DNA from: Eledone cirrhosa
Lineage: Eukaryota
Length of the DNA: 64,000 bases
Assembly: GCA_964016885.1 (NCBI GenBank)
Contig: OZ024746.1
Span: 32,736,001-32,800,000, forward strand
Direction: 5' to 3'
Shown here: positions 32,801-47,860 of the stretch, one piece after another
How the letters are laid out: each line of letters begins with the position of its first letter
Numbering within the stretch: the stretch's first letter is position 1
The notes under the pieces: model-generated
Told to the model about the DNA's origin: nothing
Databases searched by the model: none
The model's input: only the letters and a program-made list of their open reading frames with translations
Program-made: the position numbers and the translations under genes

Positions 32801-34195
32801 CCCTACATTCCAACCTACACCACCCATCCAAACAGTACACCCCTACATTCCAACCTACAACACCCATCCAAACAGTCCACCCCTACATTCCAACCTACAA
32901 CACCCATCCAAACAGTACACTCCTACATTCCAACCTACAACACCCAACCAAACAGTACACCCCTACATTCCAACCTACAACACCCATCCAAACAGTCCAC
33001 CACTACATTCCAACCTACAACACCCATCCAAACAGTACACTCCTACATTCCAACCTACACCACCCAACCAAACAGTACACCCCTACATTCCAACCTACAA
33101 CACCCATCCAAACAGTACACCCCTACATTCCAACCTACAACACCCATCCAAACAGTACACTCCTACATTCCAACCTACACCACCCAACCAAACAGTACAC
33201 CCCTACATTCCAACCTACAACACCCATCCAAACAGTACACCCCTACATTCCAACCTACAACACCCATCCAAACAGTACACCTCTACATTCCAACCTACAA
33301 CACCCATCCAAACAGTCCACCCCTACATTCCAACCTACAACACCCATCCAAACAGTACACCCCTACATTCCAACCTACAACACCCATCCAAACAGTACAC
33401 CTCTACATTCCAACCTACAACACCCATCCAAACAGTCCACCCCTACATTCTAACCTACAACACCCATCCAAACAGTCCACCCCTACATTCCAACCTACAC
33501 CACCCATCCAAACAGTACACCCCTACATTCCAACCTACAACACCCATCCAAACAGTCCACCCCTACATTCCAACCTACAACACCCATCCAAACAGTACAC
33601 TCCTACATTCCAACCTACAACACCCAACCAAACAGTACACCCCTACATTCCAACCTACAACACCCATCCAAACAGTCCACCCCTACATTCCAACCTACAA
33701 CACCCATCCAAACAGTACACTCCTACATTCCAACCTACAACACCCAACCAAACAGTACACCCCTACATTCCAACCTACAACACCCAACCAAACAGTACAC
33801 CCCTACATTCCAACCTACAACACCCAACCAAACAGTACACCCCTACATTCCAACCTACAACACCCAACCAAACAGTACACCCCTACATTCCAACCTACAA
33901 CACCCATCCAAACAGTACACTCCTACATTCCAACCTACAACACCCAACCAAACAGTCCACCCCTACATTCCAACCTACAACACCCAACCAAACAGTACAC
34001 CCCTACATTCCAACCTACAACACCCATCCAAACAGTACACCCCTACATTCCAACCTACAACACCCATCCAAACAGTCCACCCCTACATTCCAACCTACAA
34101 CACCCAACCAAACAGTCCACCCCTACATTCCAACCTACACCACCCATCCAAACAGTACACCCCTACATTCCAACCTACAACACCCATCCAAACAG
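5820..34195. repeat. ~14.2-14.3 kb higher-order tandem duplication within the satellite (copy A ~5820-20000, copy B ~20000-34195; boundaries approximate)
   Basis: Rare variants recur at fixed offsets. Offset 14185: CCAGCCC G6509/G20694, ACGCTATCC 8186/22371, TATAACC 10061/24246. Offset 14305 (three extra units): CTAGAAC G13591/G27896, CCCGATCC G17160/G31465, CCAGCCC G18255/G32560. Confidence 0.93.
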
Positions 34196-37100
34196 TCCAC
34201 CCCTACATTCCAACCTACAACACCCATCCAAACAGTACACTATCCAAACAGTACACCCCTACATTCCAACCTACAACACCCATCCAAACAGTCCACCCCT
34301 ACATTCCAACCTACAACACCCAACCAAACAGTCCACCCCTACATTCCAACCTACAACACCCATCCAAACAGTACACTCCTACATTCCAACCTACAACACC
34401 CAACCAAACAGTACACCCCTACATTCCAACCTACAACACCCATCCAAACAGTACACTCCTACATTCCAACCTACAACACCCAACCAAACAGTACACCCCT
34501 ACATTCCAACCTACAACACCCAACCAAACAGTACACCCCTACATTCCAACCTACAACACCCAACCAAACAGTACACCCCTACATTCCAACCTACAACACC
34601 CAACCAAACAGTACACCCCTACATTCCAACCTACAACACCCAACCAAACAGTACACCCCTACATTCCAACCTACAACACCCAACCAAACAGTCCACCCCT
34701 ACATTCCAACCTACAACACCCATCCAAACAGTACACCCCTACATTCCAACCTACAACACCCATCCAAACAGTCCACCCCTACATTCCAACCTACACCACC
34801 CATCCAAACAGTACACCCCTACATTCCAACCTACAACACCCATCCAAACAGTACACCCCTTCATTCGAACCTACAACACCCAACCAAACAGTACACCCCT
34901 ACATTCCAACCTACAACACCCAACCAAACAGTACACCCCTACATTCCAACCTACACCACCCATCCAAACAGTCCACCCCTACATTCCAACCTACAACACC
35001 CAACCAAACAGTACACCCCTACATTCCAACCTACAACACCCAACCAAACAGTACACCCCTACATTCCAACCTACAACACCCATCCAAACAGTACACTCCT
35101 ACATTCCAATCTACAACACCCAACCAAACAGTACACCCCTACATTCCAACCTACAACACCCATCCAAACAGTCCACCCCTACATTCCAACCTACAACACC
35201 CATCCAAACAGTACACCCCTACATTCCAACCTACACCACCCATCCAAACAGTCCACCCCTACATTCCAACCTACAACACCCAACCAAACAGTCCACCCCT
35301 ACATTCCAACCTACAACACCCATCCAAACAGTACACCCCTACATTCCAACCTACAACACCCATCCAAACAGTACACCCCTTCATTCGAACCTACAACACC
35401 CAACCAAACAGTACACCCCTACATTCCAACCTACACCACCCATCCAAACAGTACACCCCTACATTCCAACCTACAACACCCATCCAAACAGTACACCCCT
35501 TCATTCGAACCTACAACACCCAACCAAACAGTACACCCCTACATTCCAACCTACACCACCCATCAAAACAGTACACCCCTACATTCCAACCTACAACACC
35601 CATCCAAACAGTACACCCCTTCATTCGAACCTACAACACCCAACCAAACAGTACACCCCTACATTCCAACCTACAACACCCAACCAAACAGTACACCCCT
35701 ACATTCCAACCTACACCACCCATCCAAACAGTCCACCCCTACATTCCAACCTACAACACCCAACCAAACAGTACACCCCTACATTCCAACCTACAACACC
35801 CAACCAAACAGTACACCCCTACATTCCAACCTACAACACCCATCCAAACAGTACACTCCTACATTCCAATCTACAACACCCAACCAAACAGTACACCCCT
35901 ACATTCCAACCTACAACACCCATCCAAACAGTCCACCCCTACATTCCAACCTACAACACCCATCCAAACAGTCCACCCCTACATTCCAACCTACAACACC
36001 CATCCAAACAGTACACCCCTACATTCCAACCTACATCACCCATCCAAACAGTACACCCCTACATTCCAACCTACAACACCCATCCAAACAGTCCACCCCT
36101 ACATTCCAACCTACATCACCCGATCCAAACAGTACACCCCTACATTCCAACCTACAACACCCATCCAAACAGTACACCCCTACATTCCAACCTACAACAC
36201 CCATCCAAACAGTACACCCCTACATTCCAACCTACAACACCCATCCAAACAGTCCACCCCTACATTCCAACCTACAACACCCATCCAAACAGTACACCCC
36301 TACATTCCAACCTACAACACCCATCCAAACAGACCACCCCTACGTTCCAACCTACATCACCCATCCAAACAGTACACCCCTACATTCCAACCTACAACAC
36401 CCATCCAAACAGACCACCCCTACGTTCCAACCTACATCACCCATCCAAACAGACCACCCCTACATTCCAACCTACAACACCCATCCAAACAGTACACTCC
36501 TACATTCCAACCTACAACACCCATCCAAACAGTCCACCCCTACATTCCAACCTACAACACCCATCCAAACAGTACACCCCTACATTCCAACCTACAACAC
36601 CCATCCAAACAGTCCACCCCTACATTCCAACCTACAACACCCATCCAAACAGTCCACCCCTACATTCCAACCTACAACACCCATCCAAACAGTCCACCCC
36701 TACATTCCAACCTACAACACCCATCCAAACAGTACACTCCTACATTCCAACCTACAACACCCATCCAAACAGTACACTCCTACATTCCAACCTACAACAC
36801 CCATCCAAACAGTCCACCCCTACATTCCAACCTACAACACCCATCCAAACAGTCCACCCCTACATTCCAACCTACAACACCCATCCAAACAGTCCACCCC
36901 TACATTCCAACCTACAACACCCATCCAAACAGTACACTCCTACATTCCAACCTACAACACCCATCCAAACAGTCCACCCCTACATTCCAACCTACAACAC
37001 CCATCCAAACAGTCCACCCCTACATTCCAACCTACATCACCCATCCAAACAGTACACTCCTACATTCCAACCTACAACACCCATCCAAACAGTCCACCCC

Positions 37101-39440
37101 TACATTCCAACCTACAACACCCATCCAAACAGTCCACCCCTACATTCCAACCTACATCACCCATCCAAACAGTACACCCCTACATTCCAACCTACAACAC
37201 CCATCCAAACAGTCCAGCCCTACATTCCAACCTACAACACCCATCCAAACAGTACACTCCTACATTCCAACCTACAACACCCAACCAAACAGTACACCCC
37301 TACATTCCAACCTACAACACCCAACCAAACAGTACACCCCTACATTCCAACCTACACCACACATCCAAACAGTACACCTCTACATTCCAACCTACAACAC
37401 CCATCCAAACAGTCCACCCCTACATTCCAACCTACAACACCCATCCAAACAGTCCACCCCTACATTCCAACCTACACCACCCATCCAAACAGTACACCCC
37501 TACATTCCAACCTACAACACCCATCCAAACAGTCCACCCCTACATTCCAACCTACAACACCCATCCAAACAGTACACTCCTACATTCCAACCTACAACAC
37601 CCAACCAAACAGTACACCCCTACATTCCAACCTACAACACCCATCCAAACAGTCCACCACTACATTCCAACCTACAACACCCATCCAAACAGTACACTCC
37701 TACATTCCAACCTACACCACCCAACCAAACAGTACACCCCTACATTCCAACCTACAACACCCATCCAAACAGTACACCCCTACATTCCAACCTACAACAC
37801 CCATCCAAACAGTACACTCCTACATTCCAACCTACACCACCCAACCAAACAGTACACCCCTACATTCCAACCTACAACACCCATCCAAACAGTACACCCC
37901 TACATTCCAACCTACAACACCCATCCAAACAGTACACCTCTACATTCCAACCTACAACACCCATCCAAACAGTCCACCCCTACATTCCAACCTACAACAC
38001 CCATCCAAACAGTACACCCCTACATTCCAACCTACAACACCCATCCAAACAGTACACCTCTACATTCCAACCTACAACACCCATCCAAACAGTCCACCCC
38101 TACATTCTAACCTACAACACCCATCCAAACAGTCCACCCCTACATTCCAACCTACACCACCCATCCAAACAGTACACCCCTACATTCCAACCTACAACAC
38201 CCATCCAAACAGTCCACCCCTACATTCCAACCTACAACACCCATCCAAACAGTACACTCCTACATTCCAACCTACAACACCCAACCAAACAGTACACCCC
38301 TACATTCCAACCTACAACACCCATCCAAACAGTCCACCCCTACATTCCAACCTACAACACCCATCCAAACAGTACACTCCTACATTCCAACCTACAACAC
38401 CCAACCAAACAGTACACCCCTACATTCCAACCTACAACACCCAACCAAACAGTACACCCCTACATTCCAACCTACAACACCCAACCAAACAGTACACCCC
38501 TACATTCCAACCTACAACACCCAACCAAACAGTACACCCCTACATTCCAACCTACAACACCCATCCAAACAGTACACTCCTACATTCCAACCTACAACAC
38601 CCAACCAAACAGTCCACCCCTACATTCCAACCTACAACACCCAACCAAACAGTACACCCCTACATTCCAACCTACAACACCCATCCAAACAGTACACCCC
38701 TACATTCCAACCTACAACACCCATCCAAACAGTCCACCCCTACATTCCAACCTACAACACCCAACCAAACAGTCCACCCCTACATTCCAACCTACACCAC
38801 CCATCCAAACAGTACACCCCTACATTCCAACCTACAACACCCATCCAAACAGTCCACCCCTACATTCCAACCTACAACACCCATCCAAACAGTACACTAT
38901 CCAAACAGTACACCCCTACATTCCAACCTACAACACCCATCCAAACAGTCCACCCCTACATTCCAACCTACAACACCCAACCAAACAGTCCACCCCTACA
39001 TTCCAACCTACAACACCCATCCAAACAGTACACTCCTACATTCCAACCTACAACACCCAACCAAACAGTACACCCCTACATTCCAACCTACAACACCCAT
39101 CCAAACAGTACACTCCTACATTCCAACCTACAACACCCAACCAAACAGTACACCCCTACATTCCAACCTACAACACCCAACCAAACAGTACACCCCTACA
39201 TTCCAACCTACAACACCCAACCAAACAGTACACCCCTACATTCCAACCTACAACACCCAACCAAACAGTACACCCCTACATTCCAACCTACAACACCCAA
39301 CCAAACAGTACACCCCTACATTCCAACCTACAACACCCAACCAAACAGTCCACCCCTACATTCCAACCTACAACACCCATCCAAACAGTACACCCCTACA
39401 TTCCAACCTACAACACCCATCCAAACAGTCCACCCCTACA
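30130..39440. repeat. 4657-bp tandem duplication within the satellite (junction near 34790; boundaries approximate)
   Basis: Markers at a constant offset of 4657: CCCGATCC G31465/G36122, CCAGCCC G32560/G37217, and the 24-bp-deleted unit at 34237/38894. Confidence 0.88.
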
Positions 39441-42400
39441 TTCCAACCTACAACACCCATCCAAACAGTACACTCCTACATTCCAACCTACAACACCCAT
39501 CCAAACAGTACACCCCTACATTCCCACCTACAACACCCATCCAAACAGTACACCCCTACATTCCAACCTCCAAACAGTCCACCCCCTACATTCCAACCTA
39601 CAACACCCATCCAAACAGTCCACCCCTACATTCCAACCTACAACCACGCCAACCAAACAGTCCACCCCTACATTCCAACCTACAACACCCACTCCAAACA
39701 GTCCACCCTACATTCCAACCTACAACACCCATCCAAACAGTCCCACCCCTACATTCCAACCTACAACACCCAACCAAACAGTCCACCCCTACATTCCAAC
39801 CTACAACACCCACCAAACAGTACACCCCTACATTCCAACCTACAACACCCAACCAAACAGTCCACCCCTACATTCCAACCTACAACACCCATCCAAACAG
39901 TACACCCCTACATTCCAACCTACAACACCCATCCAAACAGTACACCCCTACATTCCAACCTACAACACCCATCCAAACAGTCCACCCCTACATTCCAACC
40001 TACAACACCCAACCAAACAGTCCACCCCTACATTCCAACCTACAACACCCATCCAAACAGTACACCCCTACATTCCAACCTACAACACCCATCCAAACAG
40101 TCCACCCCTACATTCCAACCTACAACACCCATCCAAACAGTACACTCCTACATTCCAACCTACAACACCCATCCAAACAGTACACCCCTACATTCCCACC
40201 TACAAACACCCATCCAAACAGTACACCCCTACATTCCAACCTACAACACCCATCCAAACAGTCCACCCCTACATTCCAACCTACAACACCCATCCAAACA
40301 GTCCACCCCTACATTCCAACCTACAACAACCCAACCAAACAGTCCACCCCTACATTCCAACCTACAACACCCATCCAAACAGTACACCCCTACATTCCAA
40401 CCTACAACACCCATCCAAACAGTCCACCCCTACATTCCAACCTACAACACCCATCCAAGCAGTCCACCCCTACATTCCAACCTACAACACCCAACCAAAC
40501 AGTCCACCCCTACATTCCAACCTACAACACCCATCCAAACAGTACACCCCTACATTCCAAACTACAACACCCATCCAAACAGTACACCCCTACATTCCCA
40601 CCTACAACACCCATCCAAACAGTCCACCCCTACATTCCAACCTACACCACCATCCAAACAGTCCACCCCTACATTCCAACCTACAACACCCAACCAAACA
40701 GTACACCCCTACATTCCAACCTACAACACCCATCCAAACAGTACACCCCTACATTCCAACCTACAACACCCATCCAAACAGTCCACCCCTACATTCCAAC
40801 CTACAACACCCATCCAAACAGTACACTCCTACATTCCAACCTACAACACCCAACCAAACAGTACACTCCTACATTCCAACCTACAACACCCATCCAAACA
40901 GTACACCCCTACATTCCAACCTACAACACCCATCCAAACAGTCCACCCCTACATTCCAACCTACAACACCCAACCAAACAGTCCACCCCTACATTCCAAC
41001 CTATAACCACCCATCCAAACAGTACACTCTACATTCCAACCTACAACACCCATCCAAAGAGTACACCCCCTACATTCCAACCTACAACACCCATCCAAAC
41101 AGTCCACCCCTACATTCCAACCTACAACACCCATCCAAACAGTACACCCCTACATTCCAACCTACAACACCCATCCAAACAGTCCACCCCTACATTCCAA
41201 CCTACAACACCCATCCAAACAGTACACCCCCTACATTCCAACCTACAACACCCATCCAAACAGTCCACCCCTACATTCCAACCTACAACACCCATCCAAA
41301 CAGTACACTCCTACATTCCAACCTACAACACCCATCCAAACAGTCCACCCCTACATTCCAACCTACAACACCCATCCAAACAGTACACCCCTACATTCCA
41401 ACCTACATCACCCATCCAAACAGTACACCCCTACATTCCAACCTACAACACCCATCCAAACAGTCCACCCCTACATTCCAACCTACAACCACCCATCCAA
41501 ACAGTCCACCCCTACATTCCAACCTACAACACCCATCCAAACAGTACACCCCTACATTCCAACCTACATCACCCATCCAAACAGTACAATCCCTACATTC
41601 CAACCTACAACACCCATCCAAACAGTCCACCCCTACATTCCAACCTACATCACCCATCTAAACAGTACACCCCTACATTCCAACCTACAACACCCATCCA
41701 AACAGTACACCCCTACATTCCAACCTACAACACCCATCCAAACAGTACACCCCTACATTCCAACCTACAACACCCATCCAAACAGTCCACCCCCTACATT
41801 CTAACCTACAACACCCATCCAAACAGTACACCCCTACATTCCAACCTACAACACCCATCCAAACAGACCACCCCTACATTCCAACCTACACCACCCATCC
41901 AAACAGTCCACCCCTACATTCCAACCTACAACACCCATCCAAACAGTACACTCCTACATTCCAACCTACAACACCCATCCAAACAGTCCACCCCTACATT
42001 CCAACCTACAACACCCATCCAAAACAGTACACCCCTACATTCAAACCTACAACACCCATCCAAACAGTCCACCCCTACATTCCAACCTACAACACCCATC
42101 CAAACAGTCCACCCCTACATTCCAACCTACAACACCCATCCAAACAGTCCCACACCCTACATTCCAACCTACAACACCCATCCAAACAGTACACTCCTAC
42201 ATTCCAACCTACAACACCCATCCAAACAGTACACTCCTACATTCCAACCTACAACACCCATCCAAACAGTCCACCCCTACATTCCAACCTACAACACCCA
42301 TCCAAACAGTCCACCCCTACATTCCAACCTACAACACCCATCCAAACAGTCCACCCCTACATTCCAACCTACAACACCCATCCAAACAGTACACTCCTAC

Positions 42401-45400
42401 ATTCCAACCTACAACACCCATCCAAACAGTCCACCCCTACATTCCAACCTACAACACCCATCCAAACAGTCCACCCCTACATTCCAACCTACATCACCCA
42501 TCCAAACAGTACACTCCTACATTCCAACCTACAACACCCATCCAAACAGTCCACCCCTACATTCCAACCTACAACACCCATCCAAACAGTCCACCCCTAC
42601 ATTCCAACCTACAACACCCATCCAAACAGTCCACCCCTACATTCCAACCTACAACACCCATCCAAACAGTCCACCCCTACATTCCAACCTACAACACCCA
42701 TCCAAACAGTACACCCCTACATTCCAACCTACAACACCCATCCAAACAGTACACCCCTACATTCCAACCTACAACACCCAACCAAACGGTACACCCCCTA
42801 CATTCCAACCTACAACACCCATCCAAACAGTACACCCCTACATTCCAACCTACAACACCCAACCAAACAGTACACCCCCCTACATTCCAACCTACAACAC
42901 CCACCCAAACAGTACACTCCTACATTCCAACCTACAACACCCATCCAAACAGTCCACCCCTACATTCCAACCTACAACACCCATCCAAACAGTCCACCCC
43001 TACATTCTAACCTACAACACCCATCAAACAGTCCACCCCTACATTCCAACCTACACCACCCATCCAAACAGTACACCCCTACATTCCAACCTACAACACC
43101 CATCCAAACAGTCCACCCCTACATTCCAACCTACAACACCCATCCAAACAGTACACTCCTACATTCCAACCTACAACACCCAACCAAACAGTACACCCCT
43201 ACATTCCAACCTACAACACCCATCCAAACAGTCCACCCCTACATTCCAACCTACAACACCCATCCAAACAGTACACTCCTACATTCCAACCTACAACACC
43301 CAACCAAACAGTACACCCCTACATTCCAACCTACAACACCCAACCAAACAGTACACCCCTACATTCCAACCTACAACACCCAACCAAACAGTACACCCCT
43401 ACATTCCAACCTACAACACCCAACCAAACAGTACACCCCTACATTCCAACCTACAACACCCATCCAAACAGTACACTCCTACATTCCAACCTACAACACC
43501 CAACCAAACAGTCCACCCCTACATTCCAACCTACAACACCCAACCAAACAGTACACCCCTACATTCCAACCTACAACACCCATCCAAACAGTACACCCCT
43601 ACATTCCAACCTACAACACCCATCCAAACAGTCCACCCCTACATTCCAACCTACAACACCCAACCAAACAGTCCACCCCTACATTCCAACCTACACCACC
43701 CATCCAAACAGTACACCCCTACATTCCAACCTACAACACCCATCCAAACAGTCCACCCCTACATTCCAACCTACAACACCCATCCAAACAGTACACTATC
43801 CAAACAGTACACCCCTACATTCCAACCTACAACACCCATCCAAACAGTCCACCCCTACATTCCAACCTACAACACCCAACCAAACAGTCCACCCCTACAT
43901 TCCAACCTACAACACCCATCCAAACAGTACACTCCTACATTCCAACCTACAACACCCAACCAAACAGTACACCCCTACATTCCAACCTACAACACCCATC
44001 CAAACAGTACACTCCTACATTCCAACCTACAACACCCAACCAAACAGTACACCCCTACATTCCAACCTACAACACCCAACCAAACAGTACACCCCTACAT
44101 TCCAACCTACAACACCCAACCAAACAGTACACCCCTACATTCCAACCTACAACACCCAACCAAACAGTACACCCCTACATTCCAACCTACAACACCCAAC
44201 CAAACAGTACACCCCTACATTCCAACCTACAACACCCAACCAAACAGTCCACCCCTACATTCCAACCTACAACACCCATCCAAACAGTACACCCCTACAT
44301 TCCAACCTACAACACCCATCCAAACAGTCCACCCCTACATTCCAACCTACAACACCCATCCAAACAGTACACTCCTACATTCCAACCTACAACACCCATC
44401 CAAACAGTACACCCCTACATTCCCACCTACAACACCCATCCAAACAGTACACCCCTACATTCCAACCTACAACACCCATCCAAACAGTCCACCCCTACAT
44501 TCCAACCTACAACACCCATCCAAACAGTCCACCCCTACATTCCAACCTACAACACCCAACCAAACAGTCCACCCCTACATTCCAACCTACAACACCCATC
44601 CAAACAGTCCACCCCTACATTCCAACCTACAACACCCATCCAAACAGTCCACCCCTACATTCCAACCTACAACACCCAACCAAACAGTCCACCCCTACAT
44701 TCCAACCTACAACACCCAACCAAACAGTACACCCCTACATTCCAACCTACAACACCCAACCAAACAGTCCACCCCTACATTCCAACCTACAACACCCAAC
44801 CAAACAGTACACCCCTACATTCCAACCTACAACACCCATCCAAACAGTACACCCCTACATTCCAACCTACAACACCCATCCAAACAGTCCACCCCTACAT
44901 TCCAACCTACAACACCCAACCAAACAGTCCACCCCTACATTCCAACCTACAACACCCATCCAAACAGTACACCCCTACATTCCAACCTACAACACCCATC
45001 CAAACAGTCCACCCCTACATTCCAACCTACAACACCCATCCAAACAGTACACTCCTACATTCCAACCTACAACACCCATCCAAACAGTACACCCCTACAT
45101 TCCCACCTACAACACCCATCCAAACAGTACACCCCTACATTCCAACCTACAACACCCATCCAAACAGTCCACCCCTACATTCCAACCTACAACACCCATC
45201 CAAACAGTCCACCCCTACATTCCAACCTACAACACCCAACCAAACAGTCCACCCCTACATTCCAACCTACAACACCCATCCAAACAGTACACCCCTACAT
45301 TCCAACCTACAACACCCATCCAAACAGTCCACCCCTACATTCCAACCTACAACACCCATCCAAGCAGTCCACCCCTACATTCCAACCTACAACACCCAAC

Positions 45401-47860
45401 CAAACAGTCCACCCCTACATTCCAACCTACAACACCCATCCAAACAGTACACCCCTACATTCCAAACTACAACACCCATCCAAACAGTACACCCCTACAT
45501 TCCCACCTACAACACCCATCCAAACAGTCCACCCCTACATTCCAACCTACACCACCCATCCAAACAGTCCACCCCTACATTCCAACCTACAACACCCAAC
45601 CAAACAGTACACCCCTACATTCCAACCTACAACACCCATCCAAACAGTACACCCCTACATTCCAACCTACAACACCCATCCAAACAGTCCACCCCTACAT
45701 TCCAACCTACAACACCCATCCAAACAGTACACTCCTACATTCCAACCTACAACACCCAACCAAACAGTACACTCCTACATTCCAACCTACAACACCCATC
45801 CAAACAGTACACCCCTACATTCCAACCTACAACACCCATCCAAACAGTCCACCCCTACATTCCAACCTACAACACCCAACCAAACAGTCCACCCCTACAT
45901 TCCAACCTATAACCACCCATCCAAACAGTACACTCCTACATTCCAACCTACAACACCCATCCAAAGAGTACACCCCTACATTCCAACCTACAACACCCAT
46001 CCAAACAGTCCACCCCTACATTCCAACCTACAACACCCATCCAAACAGTACACCCCTACATTCCAACCTACAACACCCATCCAAACAGTCCACCCCTACA
46101 TTCCAACCTACAACACCCATCCAAACAGTACACCCCTACATTCCAACCTACAACACCCATCCAAACAGTCCACCCCTACATTCCAACCTACAACACCCAT
46201 CCAAACAGTACACTCCTACATTCCAACCTACAACACCCATCCAAACAGTCCACCCCTACATTCCAACCTACAACACCCATCCAAACAGTACACCCCTACA
46301 TTCCAACCTACATCACCCATCCAAACAGTACACCCCTACATTCCAACCTACAACACCCATCCAAACAGTCCACCCCTACATTCCAACCTACAACACCCAT
46401 CCAAACAGTCCACCCCTACATTCCAACCTACAACACCCATCCAAACAGTACACCCCTACATTCCAACCTACATCACCCATCCAAACAGTACATCCCTACA
46501 TTCCAACCTACAACACCCATCCAAACAGTCCACCCCTACATTCCAACCTACATCACCCATCTAAACAGTACACCCCTACATTCCAACCTACAACACCCAT
46601 CCAAACAGTACACCCCTACATTCCAACCTACAACACCCATCCAAACAGTACACCCCTACATTCCAACCTACAACACCCATCCAAACAGTCCACCCCTACA
46701 TTCTAACCTACAACACCCATCCAAACAGTACACCCCTACATTCCAACCTACAACACCCATCCAAACAGACCACCCCTACATTCCAACCTACACCACCCAT
46801 CCAAACAGTCCACCCCTACATTCCAACCTACAACACCCATCCAAACAGTACACTCCTACATTCCAACCTACAACACCCATCCAAACAGTCCACCCCTACA
46901 TTCCAACCTACAACACCCATCCAAACAGTACACCCCTACATTCAAACCTACAACACCCATCCAAACAGTCCACCCCTACATTCCAACCTACAACACCCAT
47001 CCAAACAGTCCACCCCTACATTCCAACCTACAACACCCATCCAAACAGTCCACCCCTACATTCCAACCTACAACACCCATCCAAACAGTACACTCCTACA
47101 TTCCAACCTACAACACCCATCCAAACAGTACACTCCTACATTCCAACCTACAACACCCATCCAAACAGTCCACCCCTACATTCCAACCTACAACACCCAT
47201 CCAAACAGTCCACCCCTACATTCCAACCTACAACACCCATCCAAACAGTCCACCCCTACATTCCAACCTACAACACCCATCCAAACAGTACACTCCTACA
47301 TTCCAACCTACAACACCCATCCAAACAGTCCACCCCTACATTCCAACCTACAACACCCATCCAAACAGTCCACCCCTACATTCCAACCTACATCACCCAT
47401 CCAAACAGTACACTCCTACATTCCAACCTACAACACCCATCCAAACAGTCCACCCCTACATTCCAACCTACAACACCCATCCAAACAGTCCACCCCTACA
47501 TTCCAACCTACAACACCCATCCAAACAGTCCACCCCTACATTCCAACCTACAACACCCATCCAAACAGTCCACCCCTACATTCCAACCTACAACACCCAT
47601 CCAAACAGTACACCCCTACATTCCAACCTACAACACCCATCCAAACAGTACACCCCTACATTCCAACCTACAACACCCAACCAAACGGTACACCCCCTAC
47701 ATTCCAACCTACAACACCCATCCAAACAGTACACCCCTACATTCCAACCTACAACACCCAACCAAACAGTACACCCCCTACATTCCAACCTACAACACCC
47801 ACCCAAACAGTACACTCCTACATTCCAACCTACAACACCCATCCAAACAGTCCACCCCTA
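38060..47860. repeat. ~4.9-kb tandem duplication within the satellite (first copy indel-rich; boundaries approximate)
   Basis: Markers: ATTCTAA 38101/43001, deleted unit 38894/43793, CCAAGCAG G40459/G45364, TATAACC 41002/45908, TTCAAACC ~42040/46941. Offsets are 4899-4906. Confidence 0.85.
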
